IMG/VR virus record: IMGVR_UViG_3300025704_000016 | Location: 53,569 to 73,568 of that record | Strand: one strand, 5' to 3' | Length of the DNA: 20,000 nt | From: an uncultured virus (IMG/VR IMGVR_UViG_3300025704_000016) | Lineage: Duplodnaviria; Heunggongvirae; Uroviricota; Caudoviricetes | Shown: piece by piece, positions 7,540 to 15,908 of the stretch | Layout: each line of letters begins with the position of its first letter | Numbering within the stretch: the first letter of the stretch is position 1 | The notes under the pieces: generated by a model | Told to the model about the DNA's origin: nothing | The model's database searches: none | What the model saw: the letters and a program-made list of their open reading frames with translations, nothing else | Made by a program: the position numbers and the translations under genes

Positions 7540-9480
7540 ATGGTAAATAATTTTACAGCAGACCAGATCGGTGATGTAATATATGCAAAGCTAGAAAATC
7601 CATACTTAAACGTACAAAGCGTTTTAAGCTGGACATCAGTTGTTGGTGTTAGTACACCAAACACTAGTGGCACTCTTAACTTTGTGGCTGCATCTACCAC
7701 AGTTACTGGCACTAACACGAACTTGAGTTTAATCTCAGGAGATCAGTTTATCGTAGGTAATGAATATTATACAGTCGACCAAGTAGTTGACGCGAATACG
7801 TTTACAGTTACACAAGCACCGACATTTACAGCAAGTGGTCTGACTTTCTATTTACCAGAAGACGCAAACAATCTTTTTACATATCAATACCGTTGGTCGC
7901 AAGGTGAAGAGGCTGGTGAGATGAGCCAGCTACTACCTTTGACAACTAACAATGGACCATATGATCTACTAGGACTTAATTTTGACCCAGATCAACCACT
8001 TTGGATTGAACTTAGGCTAGAAGTTGATAGACTAAGCAATGTTAACAAGATAACACTACTTTCATTGACTTATGAACTAAGTACTGCTGATGGTACAATT
8101 ATTAGCTGTCCAGAATTCTGTGGTGAATGCGTAGACCCATATGCAATGACAGGTTGTGCAAATATCATAGCAGAATGTACAGATGAAATGTGGGACCCAT
8201 ATGCCTTAACTAAACCAACTTCAGTTTACCGTCAAATTACAGACGTTTCAACTGAAATGTGGGGCCATCCAGTAAAATACTTTAGAGTTGAGCCAGATGA
8301 TCGTAGTCGTGACGTAATCTTAAAAGAGTATTCACTCTATAACGTAAAAGAGTCGGCTGAGTTAAAGATCATGGTGCCGGGCAACGAATTTCCAACAAGA
8401 GAGTTTAACTATGACATTTTTGGTATGGGCTTCGATGAGTTTGAAATCCACCTAACCAAGACGCAGTTTGAGACAGCATTCGGTATTGGGCCAAGCCCAC
8501 GCAGCAGAGACTATCTCTACTTTCCAAAAATGAACCGTATGTATGAGGTTAGCTCAATTGCATATGCAGATGAGTTTAATCTGGACCTAACTTACTGGAA
8601 ACTAATGCTGCGCAAATATGAAGAGCGTACTAGCAATATCCATGAAGATGAAACAGTAGAGCAAGAACTTGATGCACTAACAACTGGCGTAGAAGAAGTC
8701 TTTGGCGAAGAGCGCCAAGAAGAGTTTGAGAAGATAACTAAACCAACACAGTATAAGACTGTTTATGCTGAAGTGAGTGATGGTGTTAGAGCTAGACTGC
8801 ATAAAAAACTAACGATCTCGGATGCCGAGTTAAGAAATCAATGGACTGTAGTCTCTAAAAATAATTATGATCTAGACTCTACAGTAGACAAGTCAATGGA
8901 GCTTGTAGCATACAATAAAACATCAAGCTTAACGGAAGACCAAAACTTAGCAATTACGATCTGGTTTAGACCTAAACTAGTAGATACAACTGAGCAGGTA
9001 ATTATAGACGGTTTTAACAACAATAAAGGCCTTAAGATTACAACAAACGGTTCAAGCATAAAGGCTTATATTAATGACGACACGCAGATCTTTGGCAGCG
9101 GCTTAAACCTAGAAAATAACGTGTGGTATGGCCTAGTCTTTAACCTAAGCAATACGTTTAGTCAGACTTCATGTAACTTGTATAGATTAGACCCGAATAG
9201 TAACCGACAGGCGCCAAGCAATGCTACTAAAACACTAGTCTCTAGACTCAACGAGACTAAAACATTTACGAGCCCATATGTCTGGCCAGCAGTTAAGAAC
9301 TGGATGCTTATGCCTTCTAAAATGGATGCGACTAACATCAGAATCTTCCAGAAGACAATCGGACAAGACCAACACACAAACGTGCTACAACAATATGTTG
9401 TTAGAGATTCTCAACTAGCACACGTGATCGATAATGCTATTCCTTCAGTTCAGTTAAGAAGGTACAGCCAGTCTAGATAA
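7540..9480 (+). CDS. gp14: Neck (head-tail connector) protein, T4 gp14-like core with N-terminal beta domains and a C-terminal LamG/concanavalin-like domain
   Basis: Central MWGHPVKYFR...IFGMGFDEFEIH...PRSRDYLYFPKMNRMYEV...YWKL matches the gp14 pattern (G..V.Y..R, FG...DE, P..GDLIYFP....FEI). C-terminal ITIWFRP...VWYGLVFN...NIRIFQKTI resembles Laminin_G_3. Lies just before the terminase genes. Confidence 0.7.
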   Translation: MVNNFTADQIGDVIYAKLENPYLNVQSVLSWTSVVGVSTPNTSGTLNFVAASTTVTGTNTNLSLISGDQFIVGNEYYTVDQVVDANTFTVTQAPTFTASGLTFYLPEDANNLFTYQYRWSQGEEAGEMSQLLPLTTNNGPYDLLGLNFDPDQPLWIELRLEVDRLSNVNKITLLSLTYELSTADGTIISCPEFCGECVDPYAMTGCANIIAECTDEMWDPYALTKPTSVYRQITDVSTEMWGHPVKYFRVEPDDRSRDVILKEYSLYNVKESAELKIMVPGNEFPTREFNYDIFGMGFDEFEIHLTKTQFETAFGIGPSPRSRDYLYFPKMNRMYEVSSIAYADEFNLDLTYWKLMLRKYEERTSNIHEDETVEQELDALTTGVEEVFGEERQEEFEKITKPTQYKTVYAEVSDGVRARLHKKLTISDAELRNQWTVVSKNNYDLDSTVDKSMELVAYNKTSSLTEDQNLAITIWFRPKLVDTTEQVIIDGFNNNKGLKITTNGSSIKAYINDDTQIFGSGLNLENNVWYGLVFNLSNTFSQTSCNLYRLDPNSNRQAPSNATKTLVSRLNETKTFTSPYVWPAVKNWMLMPSKMDATNIRIFQKTIGQDQHTNVLQQYVVRDSQLAHVIDNAIPSVQLRRYSQSR

Positions 9481-9484
9481 GCTA

Positions 9485-9492
9485 GATATATA
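9485..9492 (+). promoter_or_regulatory. Putative late promoter GATATATA (copy 3)
   Basis: Exact 8-mer in the 31-nt gap before the terminase small subunit. Confidence 0.75.
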
Positions 9493-9511
9493 CTATATAA
9501 AAGTATAATTT

Positions 9512-10168
9512 ATGAGCGAAGATAAAAGAAGTATATCTGAGCAGGCAGACGAGATTAGACGTGAGTTAGATAATCTAATCGGTGATGAAGAGTCAATTGA
9601 CGTTGAATCTGATCCAAGAGACCTGCCAGCAACACAGAGAAATACACAGTTAATGGCACCAGCCAACTATGGCGATATGAAAGCATCGGCCACTAAGAAG
9701 GCCAAGAAGACCATTACAAGCTTGATGAAATTCTATCTCGATGCAGATATTATCGAGAAGGATGAATATATCCAGGCTAAAAAGAAGATGGATGAGATGA
9801 CAATGTCATCATTAATCTATCAACTACAAGCCGGTGAAAGAGCCCTGACTACACTATTACAAACAATCGACCACGGTGAATTGGCACCAAGAATGTTTGA
9901 AGTGCTTGCAACTCTGCAGAAATCAATGTTAGACATCATCAAATCGCAGACCATGTACCTGATGGCAGCCGAAGAGGCTACCAAAAGAATAGCACGTGAT
10001 ATTGAAATCTATAAGAAAAGAGATGATAAACGCGAGATTGAAGAAGCCGGTGGTGACAGTAGCAGCAGAAACGTACAGCGTGGAACTAAGGATCTAATGC
10101 AGGCCATCCAACAGGGTATTAACCAAGCAGACATTGAAGACATTGAGGACGTAGAAACCGAAGACTAA
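9512..10168 (+). CDS. gp16: Terminase small subunit, T4 gp16-like
   Basis: PRMFEVLATLQKSM matches the gp16 PR..EV.ATL motif and GTKDLMQAI resembles GST.EL. Helical protein directly upstream of the large terminase. Confidence 0.8.
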   Translation: MSEDKRSISEQADEIRRELDNLIGDEESIDVESDPRDLPATQRNTQLMAPANYGDMKASATKKAKKTITSLMKFYLDADIIEKDEYIQAKKKMDEMTMSSLIYQLQAGERALTTLLQTIDHGELAPRMFEVLATLQKSMLDIIKSQTMYLMAAEEATKRIARDIEIYKKRDDKREIEEAGGDSSSRNVQRGTKDLMQAIQQGINQADIEDIEDVETED

Positions 10169-10171
10169 TTT

Positions 10172-12001
10172 ATGAGCGATTACGTAGGAGATAATAAATG
10201 GATCCCAAAAGGAGAATCTGATGTAGAATCTGACAGAATTGTCTGGTCTACAAAACAGATTAACGATCTTCTTTTAGCTCTTGACCAGGGGTATCGACCT
10301 AAGGTTAAGATGCCTTTTTATGAAGGTAAACAATTTCTAAGACGTGGTAATGTTGTCTTTGAATATACTGATGCTGAGGTTGCTGAACTAGCAAGGTGTG
10401 CCACAGATATTGTCTACTTTGCAGAGAAGTATGCTGTTGTAATGACAGATGATGGAATTAAGAACGTTAACTTACGTGAATATCAAAAACACATGTTGCG
10501 TAATTTCCAACATGAACGTTTTAATATAGTACTCGCGTCGCGTCAGATGGGTAAGACAATTACAGCATCAATCTATAATGCATGGTACTTAATCTTTAAT
10601 ACAGACAAGAATACGCTAATCCTAGCAAATAAGTCAGATACTACAAAAGAAATTATTGATAAGACTAAGGTTGTTGTTGAGAACTTACCCTTCTTTATGA
10701 AGCCTGGTATTATCAAGTATGATGTAATGAATGTGCGATGTGACAACGGTTGTCGCCTGGCCGGTCAATCAACTACAGCAAAAGCAGGTATTGGTTTTAC
10801 TATTCATAATCTGTTTCTAGATGAGTTTGCACATATCCATCCAGCGATTGTCGATGCGTTCTATGAAAACGTTTATCCAACACTGTCAGCATCTAAAGTA
10901 TCTAGGATCACAATTACTTCAACACCAAATGGTTTTAATAAATTCTATCAGATCTATGCAGCTGCGGAACGAAATGAGAATGAATACCACCCGATGCGAA
11001 TTGACTGGTGGGAACACCCAGATCGAGACGACACATGGTATAATAGAGAGCTTGCGAATTTAGGTTCTATCGAAGCTTTTAACAGACAATATGGAAATGA
11101 ATTTGTAAGCTCTTCTAATCTGCTTTTAGACCCAGTTGATCTAAAGAAGATGCGCAAGTCAAAGACAAAGTATACGAGTAGAGAATTAGATCAATTTGAA
11201 GATATTAGTATTGACGTGGAAGGCTTCTTAGAATTCCACCCAGATTTTGACGTTGAAGAGTGTAGAACTGAAGATCGTTACTGGCTCTTTACTGTAGATA
11301 TTGCTGAAGGTAACGGTGGTGACTTCTCGGTAATTAATATCTTTGAGATTCAACCGATGACCTCTAAAGAGATTAATCTAGTGAATAATCCAGGCGCGAT
11401 GTATGACTTTTTTAAACTAGAGCAGGTTGGTCGTTTTAGAAGTAATGAACATGTGATTGAAGACTTTGCAAAGATACTTTATACTTTAGCAGTTGAAGTC
11501 TTCTACAACGAAAACGTGAAGATGATTGTGGAATACAATACTTATGGTACAGTCTTATTCAAATACCTATCAACTGTATTTCCACAAAGAAATGACTTTG
11601 ACGATGAGATGATTGTAAGATTTAAACACAGACATGATTCTAGAACTCTTAAACCAGGTATTAAATTAAAAGCAGATAATAAAGCAATATTCTGTCAGAA
11701 CTTTGCAAAATTATATAAGAACAATAGAATAAATATAACAGACGAAGAAACAGTACAAGAAGCTAGTCTTTTTGGTAAAGGTAGAAGTGGTGGTTATGCA
11801 GCTCAAATGGGCCATGACGATATTATCATTACTGCCATTACAGCGACTGAATTTTTAAATACAACTGACTACGCAGACTACATTGAAGAACTACTTGACG
11901 TGATTGATGACAGTCTACATACAGAAATGGAAAGAGTACTTTATAAAGACAATGACGCACAAGGAGATTTACAATTCGATATTTACGATCTACTGAAGTA
12001 A
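10172..12001 (+). CDS. gp17: Terminase large subunit, T4 gp17-like
   Basis: LREYQ adenine motif, Walker A SRQMGKT, Walker B LFLDEFAH, coupling motif TSTPNG, nuclease VDIAEGNGGDFS and GHDD. Confidence 0.97.
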   Translation: MSDYVGDNKWIPKGESDVESDRIVWSTKQINDLLLALDQGYRPKVKMPFYEGKQFLRRGNVVFEYTDAEVAELARCATDIVYFAEKYAVVMTDDGIKNVNLREYQKHMLRNFQHERFNIVLASRQMGKTITASIYNAWYLIFNTDKNTLILANKSDTTKEIIDKTKVVVENLPFFMKPGIIKYDVMNVRCDNGCRLAGQSTTAKAGIGFTIHNLFLDEFAHIHPAIVDAFYENVYPTLSASKVSRITITSTPNGFNKFYQIYAAAERNENEYHPMRIDWWEHPDRDDTWYNRELANLGSIEAFNRQYGNEFVSSSNLLLDPVDLKKMRKSKTKYTSRELDQFEDISIDVEGFLEFHPDFDVEECRTEDRYWLFTVDIAEGNGGDFSVINIFEIQPMTSKEINLVNNPGAMYDFFKLEQVGRFRSNEHVIEDFAKILYTLAVEVFYNENVKMIVEYNTYGTVLFKYLSTVFPQRNDFDDEMIVRFKHRHDSRTLKPGIKLKADNKAIFCQNFAKLYKNNRINITDEETVQEASLFGKGRSGGYAAQMGHDDIIITAITATEFLNTTDYADYIEELLDVIDDSLHTEMERVLYKDNDAQGDLQFDIYDLLK

Positions 12002-12018
12002 AAAACGTGAGTAGCACA

Positions 12019-12026
12019 GATATATA
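12019..12026 (+). promoter_or_regulatory. Putative late promoter GATATATA (copy 4)
   Basis: Exact 8-mer upstream of the tail sheath gene, followed by an A-rich leader. Confidence 0.75.
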
Positions 12027-12059
12027 AACAAAGAATCTAAAAAAAAAGAACAAATAACA

Positions 12060-14999
12060 ATGGCATTAAGTCCTCAATTACAACAGTTCAAGAGCTCAGG
12101 CGTATATCGTCTAGAGTTCGACAAATCACAGACGGTTAATATCCCTGTTGAGACTATTAGACTAGTTGTTGGTCGCTCTAGAAAAGGACCTTACAACACA
12201 CCAGTCTTAATCGAAGATACTGAGCAGTTCGTTCAAGTATTCGGCGGTATTGACAAGTCTTTAGAAAGAAAGGGAATGTTCTTCCACAGATCAGCGCTTG
12301 AAGCTCTTTCAAGAGGCCCGATCTTGGCAATGAACCTAACTGCAAAAGACGAAAACGATCTAATCAACGGCGTTTCACCAGTAACTGCAGGTGGCGATCA
12401 AGGTCTAACTGCTGCAACTCTAACTGATGAGTTTAGCAAGGCTTTCGATACCGGTAAGTTCTGGTCACCAGATGATGAAAAAGTACTAGCAATAGCTGGT
12501 AACACAACAGCATCTTCAACAAACGCTCTTACTTTCGTAAACATTAAGCAAACTCCAATCACAATCATCGTTAGACAAGCTGCAAACACAGACGGTTTTA
12601 ACGTAACAGCAAGAGAGTGGTACGGAGAAGGTGAAGTACCAGAAGGTGTAGATCCACTAGAATACGTATCAGACTATATGGTTGAAGTACTTGTATTCAA
12701 AGGTAAATTTGACTCATTTGATCTAAACAACGATCCAACTTACGGTGCAATGTTTACGGGCGATGGTCTTATTAAAAGTCAACTAGCTAACTTTACAGCA
12801 CTAAGAGAAGTTGAGTTACTAGCTCAGTACACTGGTTCATTAATTCCAGAATTCTTAGACAACGAAGGTCGTCAACTTTACATTGAGACCCTAATCAACA
12901 ATGAGGCTAGAAGAACTGGTCTTTTCTGTGCGGTTAATGAAGACGCTCTAGGAGCAATTGACATGGTTGGTGTTGATTTTAACATCTACCAAGACTACGA
13001 ACTACTTTCACACTTAGTAGTACAAGAAGACGTAAATAGCGGTATTGTATTAGCAGATGGCGTTAACCCTGATGGTAGAATTGTTGAAATCAATCCAGCA
13101 GGTGATATGATTATCTACGGTATTACTACAGCACTCCTAACAGGAGTCGATGTTGTAGCAGATAAATGGCTATACTCAGAAATCGCAGGTGAATACGTAC
13201 AAATCGATACAATTAGTGATGATGGTACAAATTCAACCATTACCTTTAAAGGTTCAGATGCTCCAAGCAAGGCACAGTATGAAGACTTCAGTACTGCAAC
13301 TGCAGCCACATTTGCAACGGCTAATATTTCTGTTAACCAAGATGGTGAAATTGAAATTGCAGCAGGCAGTGTAGGTGATCCAACAAATCCAAACCCATGG
13401 ACGCCAAATGCACTAAACACTTCTACTTTCCTTAAATCTGAAAACACCGGAGAGTATGTACAAATTTCTAACATCAGTGTAGCAAATGATCTAATAACTA
13501 TTAGCCCAGCTGGAAACGTTGGTTTTGATGCATCTTTCTACGATACAACAACAGGAGGTCACCCACAAACTACTCTAACACCTTACGTAAGAGCTATTAG
13601 CGGTGATACACTTAACAATCCATTTGTAGTTGTAACAATTGCTGAGAATGCAAGAACAGTGATGTTCCCAACAGGATGGAATTTCTTTGACAAAGGAGCA
13701 GGTATCTTTACAATGTCTAAAACAGTTGCACCAGGTGCAACAGAACCTCCATTTAACTTGGATCCTACAGCAGATGGAATGGACGTTAAAGTGGGCATGT
13801 ACTTACCTACCAATGTAAACCAAGGTGATCTAGCTAGAATCTTACAGATTAAGAAGTTAACAGCAACAGTTGATGGTAGCGGTAACACAACTTACTCTTA
13901 CGAGTTTGTATGTCACAGAAATATGACAGTTGAACCAGAGTATGCTCTTAAATCATACGACGAAGCAACTGAGGTTTACAAGATGTTCCCGATTGAGGGT
14001 GCAACTCAAACTGATAAGACAATCGCTGAGCTATTAACAATGTTAAAGCCGGGTAACGGTCTTTCTAATACTCTTATCGACAAAGACGCAATCGATTTTA
14101 GATACGTTGTAGATACATTTGGTTCTTTAGAAGCAGGTGGTATCTTGAACAAAGAAGAAATTGCTCAACTTTGTAAAGATAGACAAAACGCAAGTGCGAT
14201 CTTGAATGCACCGATGGTTAAAGAACTTAAAAACTCTGAAAACCCATCGTTCATGAACGAGATCACTGGTGAATTTGAAACAAGATACGTTGGAACAAGT
14301 GGTAACTTAAACCTTAACCCAACCGCACTATACACTCTACCTTCACTGAACGAAGGCGCAAACTTTGCGTTCTACTACGGTCCAGGTCTGAATGTACTAG
14401 AGAATGGAAGAACTAAGGTGATTCCACCAGCAGCTTACGTATCAAACAACTACATCGACAAATACTTCGACGCTCTACCATGGTCAATCGTGGCAGGTCC
14501 AAGAAGAGGTGTTGTAGGTGGTACTGGCGTACAAGGTGTTGAATTTGCGTTCGACAAGAATGACAGAGACGTACTTGAGCCATTTGGTTATAACCCAATC
14601 GTATTCGAAAGAGGTGTTGGTATTGTAATTAAAGGTAACAAGACTGCTCAACAGTCAATCCAGTCAGCTCTTTCATCAGCTCACGTAAGAGAGGCAATGA
14701 TCTACATCGAAGATGGTCTAGCTGCAATCTTACAAAACTACTTGTTCGAATTCAACAACGCACAAACAAGATTAGAGATCCAAACTCTAGCTGACAGCTT
14801 CATGGAGTCAGTTAAGAAAGACGGTGGTGTTTATGACTATAGAAACATTATGGACACAACAAATAACACTAACGAAGTAATCGATAACAACATGGGTATC
14901 TTAGATACATACGTTGAACCGGTTAAAGGTCTTGAAATTCTTGTATCACGTGTTACTATTTTGAACACTGGTGAAATCGCAACAGGAAACTTTGCATAA
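12060..14999 (+). CDS. gp18: Contractile tail sheath protein, T4 gp18-like, with a large central insertion
   Basis: N-terminal SSGVYRLEFDKS...VGRSRKGP.NTPVLI...F..VFG. C-terminal PWSIVAGPRRG, DRDVLEPFGYNPI, GNKTAQ, FEFNNAQTR, NTNEVIDNN, YVEPVKGLE. Confidence 0.95.
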   Translation: MALSPQLQQFKSSGVYRLEFDKSQTVNIPVETIRLVVGRSRKGPYNTPVLIEDTEQFVQVFGGIDKSLERKGMFFHRSALEALSRGPILAMNLTAKDENDLINGVSPVTAGGDQGLTAATLTDEFSKAFDTGKFWSPDDEKVLAIAGNTTASSTNALTFVNIKQTPITIIVRQAANTDGFNVTAREWYGEGEVPEGVDPLEYVSDYMVEVLVFKGKFDSFDLNNDPTYGAMFTGDGLIKSQLANFTALREVELLAQYTGSLIPEFLDNEGRQLYIETLINNEARRTGLFCAVNEDALGAIDMVGVDFNIYQDYELLSHLVVQEDVNSGIVLADGVNPDGRIVEINPAGDMIIYGITTALLTGVDVVADKWLYSEIAGEYVQIDTISDDGTNSTITFKGSDAPSKAQYEDFSTATAATFATANISVNQDGEIEIAAGSVGDPTNPNPWTPNALNTSTFLKSENTGEYVQISNISVANDLITISPAGNVGFDASFYDTTTGGHPQTTLTPYVRAISGDTLNNPFVVVTIAENARTVMFPTGWNFFDKGAGIFTMSKTVAPGATEPPFNLDPTADGMDVKVGMYLPTNVNQGDLARILQIKKLTATVDGSGNTTYSYEFVCHRNMTVEPEYALKSYDEATEVYKMFPIEGATQTDKTIAELLTMLKPGNGLSNTLIDKDAIDFRYVVDTFGSLEAGGILNKEEIAQLCKDRQNASAILNAPMVKELKNSENPSFMNEITGEFETRYVGTSGNLNLNPTALYTLPSLNEGANFAFYYGPGLNVLENGRTKVIPPAAYVSNNYIDKYFDALPWSIVAGPRRGVVGGTGVQGVEFAFDKNDRDVLEPFGYNPIVFERGVGIVIKGNKTAQQSIQSALSSAHVREAMIYIEDGLAAILQNYLFEFNNAQTRLEIQTLADSFMESVKKDGGVYDYRNIMDTTNNTNEVIDNNMGILDTYVEPVKGLEILVSRVTILNTGEIATGNFA

Positions 15000-15008
15000 G
15001 AAACGAAA

Positions 15009-15016
15009 GATATATA
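15009..15016 (+). promoter_or_regulatory. Putative late promoter GATATATA (copy 5)
   Basis: Exact 8-mer in the 36-nt gap between the sheath and tube genes. Confidence 0.75.
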
Positions 15017-15035
15017 AAATAAAAGAAAGATAAAA

Positions 15036-15593
15036 ATGGCTTTACCACATTATTCAGAAGACCAAACCAGCAAGAAAGGTAAGCAGTTCGAACCAGTACA
15101 GGCTAACCTGTTTGAGGTAACTATTCTACCTCCAACCGGAGTTTCTGGTCAAGAACTACTATTACAACATGTAAACTCAATCTCGGGTTTGGAAGCTCTT
15201 CATAGAGAAGTTGCAGCCGTTGAGCAGAAGTATAAGTTCTCAACTAGATCTTATGCTGGTATGCCTGATGGCTCAGCAATTGACGTAACAGTTAACTTTA
15301 CGTTAAACCTAAATGATTCAAATCAAGCATATCTGTACAAGACTATGAGACAATGGTACAGAAACGCATACAACCCGGAAACTGGTGAAATGGGCTTGAA
15401 AAAGAATTATGTTGGTACGATCGTAATTGTACAATTCAACAGAGAGGGTGACATCTACAGAAAAGTAACACTTGATGATGCATTCATCACATCAGGTTTA
15501 GGTTTCACAGGTGAACTATCTTATGAATCAGCAGATCCACAAACTTTAGAAGTTACATGGAGAAGCGACGTATTCGCTGAAGAATTAAACTAA
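15036..15593 (+). CDS. gp19: Tail tube protein, T4 gp19-like
   Basis: 185 aa directly after the sheath. NLFEV, RSYAG, MRQW...YNPETG, IVQFNREG, GELSYES..PQTLEVTW fit the gp19 pattern. Confidence 0.9.
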   Translation: MALPHYSEDQTSKKGKQFEPVQANLFEVTILPPTGVSGQELLLQHVNSISGLEALHREVAAVEQKYKFSTRSYAGMPDGSAIDVTVNFTLNLNDSNQAYLYKTMRQWYRNAYNPETGEMGLKKNYVGTIVIVQFNREGDIYRKVTLDDAFITSGLGFTGELSYESADPQTLEVTWRSDVFAEELN

Positions 15594-15613
15594 TAAGTAT
15601 TAAATCACTTAAG

Positions 15614-15647
15614 GAGAGAGGCCTTTTAAAGTCTCTCTCTTTTTTTT
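15614..15647 (+). terminator. Rho-independent terminator after the tail tube gene
   Basis: GAGAGAGGC-CTTTTAAA-GTCTCTCTC stem-loop followed by T8. Confidence 0.9.
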
Positions 15648-15652
15648 GAACT

Positions 15653-15679
15653 TGAAACATATTACAATACCAACATAAT
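15653..15679 (+). promoter_or_regulatory. Putative bipartite promoter TGAAAC-N15-CATA(AT) upstream of the RHH gene
   Basis: TGAAAC 15653-15658 and CATAAT 15674-15679, just downstream of a terminator, where new initiation would be needed. Same architecture as 3925-3949. Confidence 0.55.
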
Positions 15680-15684
15680 ATACA

Positions 15685-15906
15685 ATGAACAATCATAAAC
15701 TGACAAAGAAATTGCAAGTGCTTTTGACAGAAGATGAAGTTGCTCAGGTCAATAGGATTATATTGAATGATGCTTTAGAAAAGGAGGAAAGGCCAGTTTC
15801 TATTAGTGCGTTCATACGTATATTAATCCAAAATGAATTGAGTAAGCGAACTAAAGAAGAAAGACAAACAATAAAAAAAGATCTTAAAAACTTAAAAGAC
15901 AAGTAA
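15685..15906 (+). CDS. Ribbon-helix-helix (CopG/Arc-like) DNA-binding protein, putative
   Basis: 73 aa: alternating strand KKLQVLLT, helix EDEVAQVNRIILNDA, turn RPVS, helix ISAFIRILIQNEL (S.S.FIR pattern typical of RHH helix B). Confidence 0.65.
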   Translation: MNNHKLTKKLQVLLTEDEVAQVNRIILNDALEKEERPVSISAFIRILIQNELSKRTKEERQTIKKDLKNLKDK

Positions 15907-15908
15907 AT

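Noticed and set aside
10172..12001. Intein or intron in terminase, clamp loader or capsid genes
   Set aside because: Lengths and motif spacing are normal, with no splicing motifs or homing endonuclease signature.
12039..12047. A9 homopolymer before the sheath gene as a phase-variation tract
   Set aside because: Non-coding, downstream of the promoter motif, and consistent with the A-rich leaders seen throughout.
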